From Gonapodya sp. JEL0774 (taxonomy: Eukaryota): 54,243 nt of DNA. Where the stretch lies: the NCBI GenBank assembly GCA_027604505.1, contig JADIIX010000034.1, positions 124,001 to 178,243 on the forward strand, written 5' to 3'. Each line of letters begins with the position of its first letter. Within the stretch, counting starts at the first letter, position 1. Shown piece by piece: positions 22,773-34,697 of this stretch. Below the pieces are notes generated by a model that did not search any database, was not told where the DNA came from, and saw nothing but the letters and a program-made list of their open reading frames with translations. Both the position numbers and the translations under genes were made by a program.

Positions 22773-24869
22773 AGCTCCGGTTGTTTGTAGTTTAGTTTAA
22801 CAATTTAGTCATGGAGAATGGGAACTTGAAGTATTCTTTCGTTTAAATTCAATAAATTCCGACCAGAGAAGAGTTGTTGTCACATCCCAACTCCGCAAAA
22901 TCGCTTGTGGGGCCCTAAGTGCCAATGCAGTCTTAGATTCGATGGTGAGAACGTCCTTGAGCGCCTTTTCAATCAACAGAAGAGTTCTGGAGACAGGGAG
23001 CTTGTCTGGAGCTTCCGATCTTCGAAACTTTTGTGCCATTGCAGGGCCCAACATCCAAAAAGTACTCACTTGCACTCGTCACAGCGCTGCCGAACCAGCG
23101 TTCCTCTGGGCCTGGGACTGGGGAACGCGGTGCCTGGTCCAATCGACCACAGGGGAGGGTGGGCGAGATCGAAGAAGTTGACCTTTCATCGCTTGTCATC
23201 ACACGATTCCTGGGGATCTAACTTCTTCGATTTCGTTGTCTCCGCCCTGGACAGGTTTCCATGCGTGCTTTTCCGCAAAGCGTGAGTTCCGTTCCAATCG
23301 TTTCGAACTTCCCTTGAAAGGGGAAGTTCGATTTCGAGGAACCTCTGTTGTCTCCCTATCAGTGATATATGACTTTTGGGGCATATTTCGGAGGAAGATT
23401 TTTCTCGTTCCCGTGTTGCGTTCTGTCGTCAGTTGCTTTTTATGTTGCTGAGCCAGTCCTCCCTTCACACGCGAAACAGGCACGAATCCGGATCCCAAGT
23501 TGAAGTCATCATGTGGTCCTATAATGAAACTGCGTGCGTGACCAGGAAGACGAGGATCTTCGCGGGATCTTACAGTTTGTTCTATTGTGGGTCACATCCA
23601 CAAATGGGGAGCAGCCTCCTGGAGGAACTTGCACGCTTCGGACAGAGCTTATCGCGTCCGTCACCTTGCAATATATCAGCGCAGGTTGTTCTAGGTACTG
23701 TCATTGCAAGGATTGGATTGGTACTCTCTGCTCCAACAGCAAGGTTGTATTAATTCCACTCAATAATGAGATCTGGAGTCTCTATTACTATTGTGGTCAA
23801 GCCGCTGCACTCCAATGAAATACATGGTTTGATGGTGCAGTTCATATGCTTGTGAACACAGAGTTGCACTGCAGTGCAGACGACATATGAAGACCCCCCC
23901 CAGCAAGGTACCACTGCGCTGGCGGTTTTACCGTAGTACGTTACTGTCTTCCTCGGTTTGCATGGAATAGCAGCATCAACAAGTGGTGAGTGTATCGGAA
24001 ATTGCGCTCAGTTGCGCTGCAGCGATTGAGTTAAATGGGGAAACAAGAGGAAGAGAGCAAAATGGCTCCGTAGCTGCAGTATTCCTATCAGTAGGGTGAT
24101 TGAATAGATGACTGTTATTCGTGGAGAGAAAGTAGTGAGGGTTCGCCCCGGTGACTTGGCTGTGGTTCTTCTGGGAGCCAGTCAGTCATGGTGGGCCTTC
24201 CCCCAGAAGTTTGGAGAGCATAAAGTGGAAGTCCTTTTCAAACGAGCGGCCACCAAATAAAGCAAGGGAGAGCGAAGCGAGGACTAGAGGAACGAGGCAG
24301 CGAGGTGAGAATCGAGTCTCTGCTCTGGTGGCTGGGAGGCAAATGCCTCATAAGAAGGCGAGGGTCGGAGAAAGGCCCAAGATGGTGGCATCGAGCCATC
24401 GATTGCTAGTGCAAAATTGACTCCACGGGACGGAACCGCGCGACGGAGAGCGGAAATCAGTGCCGCAACGGACGAAAAGTTCCGGAAGTCAGTTGGAAAC
24501 CACAAGTCAAGTCAGACTCACTTGTTTGGTAATCCGGCAAGCAAGACATGTGTCCAAAACCTTTCTCAACCAAGATACGAGATTATACCGAAGCTTGAGC
24601 CTCGGTTTGTGTTGGAAGTTTTCGCAGTTTCACATGAGGAACCAGGGTCACGTTCATGCAACCCGACAAGAGAGGTTAGAAAAGGCAGACGAAGTGCCAC
24701 AGATTCGAAGATGGAAAGGAGAACATTTGTTGCGTCGAATTTTGTTCGCCTGGGGTTGTTGGCGATCCGTATCCTCACGATCGGACATCGTTTTTAACTC
24801 TACACCATTTCCATGCCATTTGCTACACAGCATCGCAATTTCATTTTCACCTCTCATTGAGTCCGTGAC

Positions 24870-27800
24870 ATGTCCGCTGGCACTTCGACAACGACGTACA
24901 AACGCACCCAACTGCCGTCTGGCTCCATGGCGCAACCGTCCTCCGCGATTATGCCCGCCCCTCAACCCTCGAACTCGTCTTCCTCGACTGCCGCACCCTC
25001 TAGTGGCCCACCATCCACGACCGCACTCTATTATCGTATGGGGAAACCCGTTGCCATAGTTCCAGGCAGAGGTGTCGACCAGGCCCTCGTTGACGTTGAC
25101 CCGTCCACCGCCGCGAAGCTCCTATCCCAACAGCAGCAATTACTCGCTGGTGGAACACTGGGAGGGTCTTCGATTGGTGGTGCTCAAGGATACGCGTACG
25201 ATGGGAGCCTGCTGCCACCTCAGGCAGGGGGGGTGCCCCGATTTAGGCCCGAATGGGAACGGGACAGGATGGAAAGAGTTGTCGCAATGCCGCCCAGCCC
25301 CGAGGTGAGTTTCACGACCCGGGCCATCCGAGACTTACACGTCTCCTCGGCAGCTAGCGAGTGCAAGAAAGTGGGCTGGACGGGACGAGTATCATTGTTG
25401 GAAGTAAGCAGATTACCGAAGAAAACGCATGAATGGATCTGTCAGAAAGCGAGTTGGACACTCCCTGATCACTGCAACGTCTATATGTGCTGCAAAATGA
25501 GGACGTGACCCTTTTCGATGGTCATCGAATGTGTTGCTGAAAGCCGTTCACTCTCCTCGAAACCCTTAACCAGCCACCAACCCACCACCGTGGCGGGCAA
25601 AAATCGATCCCTTCTGTTGGTGGTTCAACTCTCTCATCGTACGACTGGAACGACTCAGACGAGGAACACGACGACGTTGAGCACCACAACCGTGATCACC
25701 ATCTCCGTGATAACCGCCGCGACCAAGGAGATGCCGCTTCCGGCTCTTCCGGTGGTGACTCCAATCGACACCGAGAGGACATGATGGGACGAACACCATC
25801 TCCATCGGAAGCACCGAGTGAGGAAGATTCCCGGCGGCATCACCATCCTGTCCCACTAGAGTCGTACGAGAATCCTGCTCCTTCTACCGTGCAGTTGGGC
25901 GCCCGGCAATCCGCCGGAAACGGTCCTACTTCGCGTGGCTCCTATGGCCGACCAGGTCCCGCGGAATTCGCCGCCGCACAAGCTGCTCAAGCAGCCCAGG
26001 CCCAGGACCAGTCCTTCCCGGCGGCTCCTCACCCAATCCACGCAGCTGATCACCACTCTGGTGCGCATCACGGTGGCGGACCTGGGATTCCCGGTGGCCA
26101 GCCAATGGCCATGTATGCGTTCCCAGGACAACCAACTCCACCCCCGAGTACTGCTCCTAGTGTAGCCACAGGTGTCGGGGGTGTGGGTGACGGGCACGCT
26201 CCACCGCCGAGGCCGCCTCCTAGTCCCACAGCAAGTGGCGTAAGCAAAAGCTTTAGGCGAAGTTATTCGGCGAGCAGTATCAGGATGATGACAAAGGCGG
26301 AGGTAGGACCGAGCGATTTTTCAAAAGTCAAGATGCTGGGAAAAGGAGATGTCGGAAAGGTGTACTTGGTGGTAAGTAATCGCCGAGAGATGCCGGCGTC
26401 AGTCTACGTGATCCGGGTTGCAGATGTCGTAATAGCAACAGCAACTGAGAAGCTTTCCTTTCCACTCAATCATCGTTTTGTCATTCACAGAAGCGAAAAG
26501 ATACCTCCAAACTGTACGCCATGAAGGTTCTCTCCAAACGCGAAATGATCAAGCGCAACAAGATCAAGCGTGTACTTGCCGAGCAGGAAATTCTCGCCAC
26601 TAGTAACCACCCTTTCATTGTGACTCTGTATCATACCTTTCAGAATGAGGATTATTTGTTCTTTGTGATGGAATACTGTGGGGGAGGCGAATTCTTCAGG
26701 TTCGTCCCTCGTCAAGTTCTGCTTTCGAGTCTCGTACCCCGTAATCGTTTTCTTGAGCACCGGAATTCACATTCGTCTCTAATTGTTCTCCCACACAACT
26801 CAATCTGCGATGTTCTCTATCTGGGATACCTTATCAACAGAACCCTCCAATCAAGACCTGGCAAGTGCCTTCCCGAAGCATCCGCTCAGTTCTACGCAGC
26901 AGAGGTTGTCACCGCTCTCGAGTATCTTCACCTGATGGGCTTTATCTACCGGGATTTAAAACCAGAGAGTGCGTATTATCGGTATTGATACTATAGCCCC
27001 CGAATCTCACTGGTCGACCTTATCATAGATATTCTCCTCCATGCTACTGGTCACATCATGCTGACTGATTTCGACCTTTCCAAGCCCTCGGTGGTTCCAG
27101 GCAGCCCAACCATTGTAAAGTCTGGATCAGCCTTCAGCAGGCTCCTCGATTCTCTGACGCAAACTAGCATTGATACCAAGAGTTGCACGAACATCAGGAC
27201 AAACAGTTTCGTGGGGACGGAGGGTGGGTTGTCTTTGATTGTTTGGTGATCCGGGAGCATCATTGCGACTCGATCATAATGTTCACTTCTGTGTTACAGA
27301 ATACATTGCCCCAGAGGTGATCAAAGGGTCTGGTCACACTAGTGCAGTAGATTGGTGGACTTTGGGTATTCTTATATATGAGATGCTGGTATGTGCGATA
27401 AGTGTCCTTGTACTTTCCTCGGATTCACTGTCATCGCCCATGCTCCGACACTCTTCGAATTCCAAACAGTATGGCACGACTCCATTCAAAGGCGCTAATA
27501 GGAACGCCACTTTCCACAGCATCCTAAACAATGAGGTGAACTTCCCAGAGCAACCAGAGGTGTCGACGTACGCCAAAAGTATTGTGAAGAAGGTGAGTCA
27601 AATGATTGGAGATGGACGTCGAATTATGGTGCAAATACCAAATGCTCACATCCACTCATCTTTTTTTGGGATTGTTTCCCTTGTTGGCTCGGTATCAAAT
27701 CTGTATTCTGTTGTTCAATCTGTGACCAGCTCCTTCATAAAGACGAACGGAAGCGCTTGGGCTCCAAAGCTGGTGCCTCCGATGTGAAGGGTCATCCATT

Positions 27801-28128
27801 CTTTCGCAACACGGTGTGGGCGCTCCTGCGCCACCAACGGCCACCCATTGTGCCACGCATGAGAGATCAAGCCGACACTTCCAACTTCCGGTTTCTACGA
27901 GAAAGCGAGAGTTTAGATTTGGAAGGCTCATCGAACACGGGTGTCAACGTTAATGGAGGTGGCCAGGTTGCGCAAGATGGAGGAAGACGAGGGAGGAAGG
28001 GACCTGAGAAGGATCCCTTCTCGGACTTTGACTCGGGTAAGTATTTCTCTTCAGTTGCGAGAGTATTCAATGTGGTGAAACTTGTTCCCCTAGTCACTAT
28101 GCATCGGGAAGGCAACGATTATCGCTAA
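24870..28128 (+). CDS. AGC Ser/Thr kinase, Fpk1/Kin82/Nrc-2 family
   Basis: [68 protein letters not shown] (DFD instead of DFG), [15 protein letters not shown]-terminal [10 protein letters not shown], long low-complexity N-terminus. Confidence 0.93.
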
Positions 28129-28407
28129 TTACATTTTTGTTTTGACCCCTACTTTGATGAATGTCGGGTCTTGTAGTATCATATAGTGGGTGTGCCGTAT
28201 GTAAGCATGTGCGAACAAAATCGCTTGGTGACAGTCAAAAAAAGTGGTTGGGCTGGTTTGGTCTGTTTCCTGAGACACACCTGATCGATCGATACCTGAT
28301 GGAGGAGGGGGACGCCCATCTTTCCAAGACTCGGGAGAAGTCGCGCATGAAGTTGGGCCTTTCCCATCACCGTTAACGATACATTAAGTTCCATCGTAAT
28401 CCGTTCC

Positions 28408-29883
28408 ATGAGTGGTGTTCTTCCAACTTACGACGAGTGGGAGCATCCTTACCAAATGGCGGGAGCTGAAGTTCTCGGAAGCTTGATCGAGATGGTGATT
28501 TGTGGAATGGTGAATACAGCGTCCGCACTACAGGAAATGCGGTGTATATGCCTGCGTGGACAATCGGATCCACATTCATTCTTTGACTAGGGTGCTATCA
28601 CGAATTCCTTCGTTACCCTGTACTTCATTGATAAAATGAGACAAGATCGCAAAAAGAACAAGTATCACCGGGTTGACTTGCAGACCATCATCGCATCAAC
28701 TTGCATTTCAGTGAGTTTCCGGCCGCGCGGGAAATCAGTCTTCCAGCTGAGCCTGATATCTTACCCACAGGCTGACATGGTGTCCTTGCTAGTTCGATTC
28801 TTTGTCAAGGGCTTTATTTTGTTTCGAGGAGGGCCTCCTGTTGTAAGTGGGCTGGAATGTCAACTTCTGGCACTCAGCTCCGTCATACCCTGGGGTGGAA
28901 CGATACTTGGTTATGCACAACTTGCCCTTGAGCGGTACGATGCTCTTTACTTATCCAATAGCACTGTGAGTTTGCGAGAAGAGACATCTTCCGAACTCAG
29001 ATTGACTTGCCAGGGACTTAGGTCATCCTCACAGAAGCAGAACGCGCAAGCAGAGGTTACCTCGGAATGTCCCGCAAAACAGCTATTTCGGTACTTATCG
29101 GAGGTTATTGCATCTCTCTCGTGATGGGAACTTGCTATCTCGTACGTGGTTGTAAGTCCCTTGTTCCGCGTTTCTACCCCAAAGAGATTTTTTGCACCCA
29201 TCTCTGTTTGATCCAGACGTCCTGTCACCTGGGGGCTTGACTTGTCAATTTAGGTTGTAAGTTCATGCAAGCAACATGGCGTGAGCTAGTGTACGAATTC
29301 TGAAACATATCTGCACTTTACTATTCAAGCTGGAGTTCCACATACATTGACATCATCTACACAACAGTGACATTGATGGGCGTACTTGGAGCTATCGCAG
29401 CCATTGCCTTCAGTGCCGCAGAGATTGTTGTTCAAGCACGTGCACCTGACCGTTTGGATGACAAACTTCCCAGCGTTATGAAGTTGGATCCGAACGCTGG
29501 ACGGCCCCCGCGCAATAAAATCGCAGAAATGCATCTTGCCACGACATGGAAACGAATTTCTATATGCTACATAATGTGAGTGCGTGCATTGCTTGTGCTG
29601 GTTATTTTCACGCAATTTTCCTTTTCAAGTTTTTGGGCGCCAGAGGTATGCGTAATGATGACAGAAGCTTTCACACGGGCACCTGTTGGTCCCGAAGTCT
29701 CACGCTTCAGTTTTATGATGGTCAAATGGTGAACCTTCTCTTGCAAGCGAAATCTCACTGTCAGCTTGTTACTAACTCTCAATTAATAGCATGGGGATCG
29801 TCCAACCGCTTCTGGTACTCTACGATCCAGGGCTGTTTTTATCAGAAGACGCAATAATAGAGAGAACATATTTGGGCCAATAG
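28408..29883 (+). CDS. Class A (rhodopsin-like) GPCR with Lys at the retinal-binding position, opsin-like, 8 exons, 341 aa
   Basis: Exons 28408-28509, 28591-28710, 28771-28965, 29022-29151, 29217-29256, 29330-29575, 29630-29728, 29790-29883 sum to 1026 nt with no internal stop and all introns GT-AG. Motifs: TM1 GAITN, TM2 ADM, C3.25 exactly 25 residues before the R of ALERY, ECL2 YVLSPGGLTC, TM6 FWAP, TM7 K-C-M-G-I-V-Q-P. Confidence 0.85.
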
Positions 29884-30079
29884 GGTTGGGTTGGTTGCAT
29901 TCACTATCGCTGGTGTTGGGCGACGGGGCGGAAAAACAGACTGCGCGTTGGTACACCACTTACTTCTATTTCTTTGAGAGAGTATAAATTATTTACGTGC
30001 AGGGAATCGAAAAACGACGTGTACAACTTGTTTGCTCATGCGCAGACTCCTCAAAGATTATGCTCCACAGTATTGTCTG

Positions 30080-32213
30080 TCAAGGTCCCGACTGGCTAGC
30101 CATACTAGCCAATGTTCCCAACGTGCCAATCACTGCAATCACTCCGCCACACACCAGACACATCCATGCCGTCGCAATTTCCCACGATTTAGCTGGCAAA
30201 GTAGGGTCGCCGACGCCCAAAGTCGGGGACTCCCACGGACCCCCATACCGAAACAGCTTCAAAAACACCGCAGAAGGAAAAATCACCGACAACGATACGG
30301 AAAGAGCGGATCCCATGAGAGACAGAACGGTTGCCAATCCAGGGAGCAACAGAGCCGCAATCAGACATGTCAGGGAGAGAAATGTACGGATAGTCGGGCG
30401 GATGAAGATCAATGCAAGCCCAGTGCTTCGAGAAAGGTGATAAGAAGAAGGGAGCCCAAGCTCAGCAGTGAGGAGAGGAGTAGTTTCTATTGGGTCATCG
30501 ACGACGGGGACGAAGGGCTCCGCTGTATGAAGGTTGCCGTTGAGGGTATCCTCAGCGCTTTCGGAGACTTGTTCACTTTGGTTATCTTCTTTGACACGCT
30601 CAATCTTGACATTTTGCTGGAGTATCCGATGCCTTATCGCCGTTTCCATGGGCATCGCCATAGCGTCAATGAGGAGGGCAAATTTGGTGAGCGGAAGGGC
30701 AACCTGTTATTACCCATCACACCAAAATATAAGCGGAAGAGAGTCAAAGGGAGTAATCAGTCGTAAGTGGATGGTGAAGTTGACAAACCAGCAAGAACAC
30801 AACTGCCTTGTTTAGCCAGAGTATGAGTGGCGGGGAGGGAAGAGCTGAGAGGTTGTCCGTAATCTGTATCGGCGATCAATATGAAAATGCGTACATGTGA
30901 CTGAGCGAAATTTCCCAACCCCAAGTATGTAATGGGAAAGCGTAGCGCCTCCACCCACCACTTCCGCAACCCCATCGCCGAACTCAAGGTACCCAAAAGC
31001 AGATACAACAACGTACAAGCCTGCTACAGCGTAGAAGGAGGTGTTGAGCACACGTGGGAAGGTAAGCGATCGTTGACTGGTGGAGAGGTAGATTGTTGGG
31101 TGGACTTGGAGAAGGATAAAAGTGTGGGGATTCCGATCCCACTGCATTCATATGATCTCCTAGCTCACCAGCGTGCCCACTCAGACAACTTGCGAACACT
31201 CCCCAACACAAAATGGGTGCCAAGGACCATCCTCCTGGGGGTAACAGACTCGTATCGGCGGGATCCCAGATGGAGCCAGGTGAAGACGGACGCACCAAGC
31301 CGCAGAGTACAATAGTGGCAACGAGGGATATGGAAGAGAATATACCGAGGAGAGACGTATGGGAGAGGTGGTGGGTGGAGAGGAACTAGAAATGTGGTGG
31401 ACGGGTCCTTGTTGGATCCCTGGTTACCTCCGTATCATGCAAAGAAGCAGCTTACCGTGGTCAGCCACATGACTATGAACACTGCGCCTTTGCATGCTGC
31501 CTGTGACAAAGCTAATCCCGCTCCTGCCACCAGGATCCTCAAATTGAGTGCTGCAACCATGAGAACGGCACAATCCGCCCCCCACAACTCCAAGGTGACC
31601 AAGACGGCCGCCAACGCACGACCCGGTACTCCAAACGCCATTCCACCAAGGTCCGCAAACGATATTGGAGAAAAGGATGATATATTGTACTCGAGACATC
31701 GAACGGTAAGCTGGGCAGTCCGGAGGAAAACAGCGTGGATGACAGAAAATGAAACAGTAGCGAGGAGCCACCCAGATTGATGAAGGGAGTAAGGGAGGGA
31801 AAGGAAGCCCAGCTATGCCGGCAACCATACAGTTCAAGAGTGGAAACGAAACGGTTTTATAGATGGATGTCCTCAGTGTTCTCAGGGTCAACTTACTCCT
31901 ACAATGAGGTTGACTGGATGTTTGTTCATTAGGATATTAGGCGATTGTAACAATGAACGAGGTGAGCGGAGCCACGTCAAGGGCATGAACCAAGCGTTCA
32001 CCACTCACCGATATTGAAAGTAGACTGCCTAAATGTGCTTTTGCCCTGTGGAAACTGAGCTTTCAAAGAGTCTGCAGAATCTGCGGCATCTGAGCACGTT
32101 CATTCATTTCAGCACGAATACCACCGAAACTCATTCAGATTGAGAGCCTCACCATCATCAGCAGTTCCAGTTACATCATTTCTGTTTATTTCAGGCGACG
32201 GAAGAGCTGACAT
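30080..32213 (-). CDS. Amino-acid transporter (Aa_trans/AAAP, Avt1-like vacuolar type)
   Basis: Spliced QGKSTFRQSTFNI|VNLIVG|LGFLSLPY..SGW, SFADLG.MAFG, LSGHA|VHPTIY, GYLEFG, VLSLMGS..SVIFPSAVFLK, multiple TM segments. Confidence 0.85.
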
Positions 32214-34697
32214 GGAGGCAGATGTGCAATAAGATGGCTTTCCACCGCGGAAGGAGAATATCGCCGGCTCGAGACGGCCCAGCCACGAAAAAAATGTGGA
32301 AAGGAAAAGAAAAAGAAGTGACGGCGTTCTGAAAACGCTGGGACTTGGGATTTGGACTGGATGTCAGGGTCCTAATGTATTTAGTAGTGGATCGATGGAC
32401 ACCCCGATCAACAAAAATATTAAACTTGGCGAACATGCTCTTTCTCCTCATGGGGCTGTATCCATTGTTTTGGACGTCAGAACATCATTGTCCTGCTACA
32501 GGTGGGGAGCAAATTGTTCGGCCTTATGACGGCGGAACGGAACACGATCATTATGAAAAGGTTCAACAGTTATCGTCACATTTCCGACGCAATAAAGTTC
32601 TCGGCGCTTAGAGTGAGAGGTGCTTATCACGTTTCCCATTCTACATACGCGCGTGTGGAGTGGCAAACAACACTCAATAGAATCCATACGAGCCGCGACA
32701 GCAAACAATTTATGTAACCGCGCAGGAACGGACTTGGTTTTACAGGCGACGGCACTCCCTGTTCGCGTTACATGTAAAATATCGTCGTCATCGCTCTCAT
32801 TTTGGCGATGACTCTAAAGAGTGGAAGTCCACAATTAGTTATTCCCAGAAAATTCCTGGGATGTCGAAGAAACAGAGACTTGGCGCTCCTTACTACATCG
32901 CCCTTGCTCTTGCTCATAGCGCGATTTCTCTCCTGTAGAATCACAACCGCGGAGTCACAAGCAAGAACACGTTGCATCCCGCCGGCGGCTGACAGGACTG
33001 GTAAAAGGCAACAATATGAGATGTGTACTGCTTTTTACCAGATTTATGTCATAGCAGGGGTTTCCTCAGGGTGCGAAGAAGTGTAAAATCGGATCTCGTG
33101 TCTCGTGCTCGCATGCCGCAAATTTCCTAGGTAGATCTTAAGGAAAGTAAGTCGGCGATTCAGATAGAGATAGGTGCATTTATGTCGGGGCACAAAGAAA
33201 GGGATCAGAGTGGTACTGGAGCCTCGTCGGAAGAGCTTCACGACGAGTTCACCTCCTGAGGCAGGGAACCGGCCTCAGAGTCTCCTGTGGACAGAATGAC
33301 CAAAGAAATAGTAGCAACGATTGGTGGACATTCCACTGGTCCACTGATAGCGCTCACCTTAAAGACCATTAGCAACAAGCAAGCCTTGTCCTTTGCTGCT
33401 GTGCAAAATGTTACAAGGTCCATTCCGCTCTGGAATCAACTTCAAACCCTTGTTCCGGAAGCAAGAAACGGCAGATAGTGGCTGTGGGAATCACAGACGA
33501 GGTGATGGAAGTGACTGTCAAGAGCTCACCGACGCTTGTCAAACTTTCCGAAGAGCATTGAGAATGAGTACGTTATGTAAAGTCTTACCTCCCATTCCTA
33601 ATTTCATCGTCTCCCATGACCTGGGTTGTTCAGTTTTCGGCGGTGGAAATCCAATGGAGCTTGGGTACAAGGGGCCGAGATGCCCTCGATCACAGTGCAC
33701 CCTTGTATAACACCAGCATACCTCGCTGCTCTGAAATCGGTGGCAATTATGATGAACAATTCCTTTAAAGTCGATGCCCGTCTGATGGGCGACAGTGTTG
33801 AGCTGGCAGGCAAAGAAGAGGCCCAGAGTGGATAATTAGCTCAGACGGCAACTTCCCGTTGTAAATGTGGCGATCAATACCGGTTTTGGTGCGATTACAT
33901 CCCTCTTCATGGCGAGCCTGCCCTCATCGGCCTCAATGTCCTTGGCAAATGACGTCTGGCTCAATCCTGAAACCCAAATCTCCGAACTTTGAGGAGGCGA
34001 CATATATAGATATATAGCGCAAAGTTGACGACCTCAGATACAGCAGGCAGACGGCGTTGTGAGACTAGAACACGTAGTGTTGAAGATAATCTCTATGTTC
34101 CCTTGTGCACAACAATCAACGGCTACGGGATCAAAGAGGTAAAGTCAATCATATTGGCATCGCAGATGGTGCGTGCTGCAAGAGTCCACCTGAAAACTGT
34201 TGCGGAGATCTGCAGGCAGCTTTGGGAACTCGAGACGGCGTACAGTTAACTGTGAATCAGTAACAGGAGTACATCAGTGAAATCCGGATCGCTGGACAGA
34301 ATACGGGTCCAACTCCACGCATTAATTGGTGCACCAAGCGTCGCCATACACACACTACGTGCTCACTTCATTCCACATACTGCCTTCCTACGAGAACTGC
34401 AATGGGACCTCCGGCAACGTACTTAGGTGGTGGAAGTGTGAGGAAATGACACCACGTTCACGGCAGCCCTATCGTCGTCTGCGGTACCTCCGGGGCAGAA
34501 GGTACACTGGCTCGGAGGGGTAGCACACCCTCGTGCCGGTGATGCGGGCGTCTTGTGGGCCACTGCCGCTGGTCCCAGTCACGGTCATGGTGGCACCGCT
34601 CCACACAATGTGTGTGTTGACGTCACAGTCGACCTTGATGAGTTGTGCAAGGCAGGGCAATGGTCACGTGGAGAAAATCAGTGGCAGATTCCATGTG

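Noticed and set aside
23376..23990. Possible second GPCR fragment (WSYNET..CSIVG) or gene
   Set aside because: The GT donor phase does not give that reading, stops occur in all frames and there is no ERY or other motif. At most a decayed remnant.
5941..29883. A unified light-sensing cluster (heme oxygenase, kinase, opsin)
   Set aside because: HO is 22 kb away with unrelated genes in between and makes bilins rather than retinal. No carotenoid oxygenase, LOV or phytochrome gene is in the window.
29997..30766. 147-aa and 244-aa plus-strand ORFs
   Set aside because: Antisense to the amino-acid transporter exons
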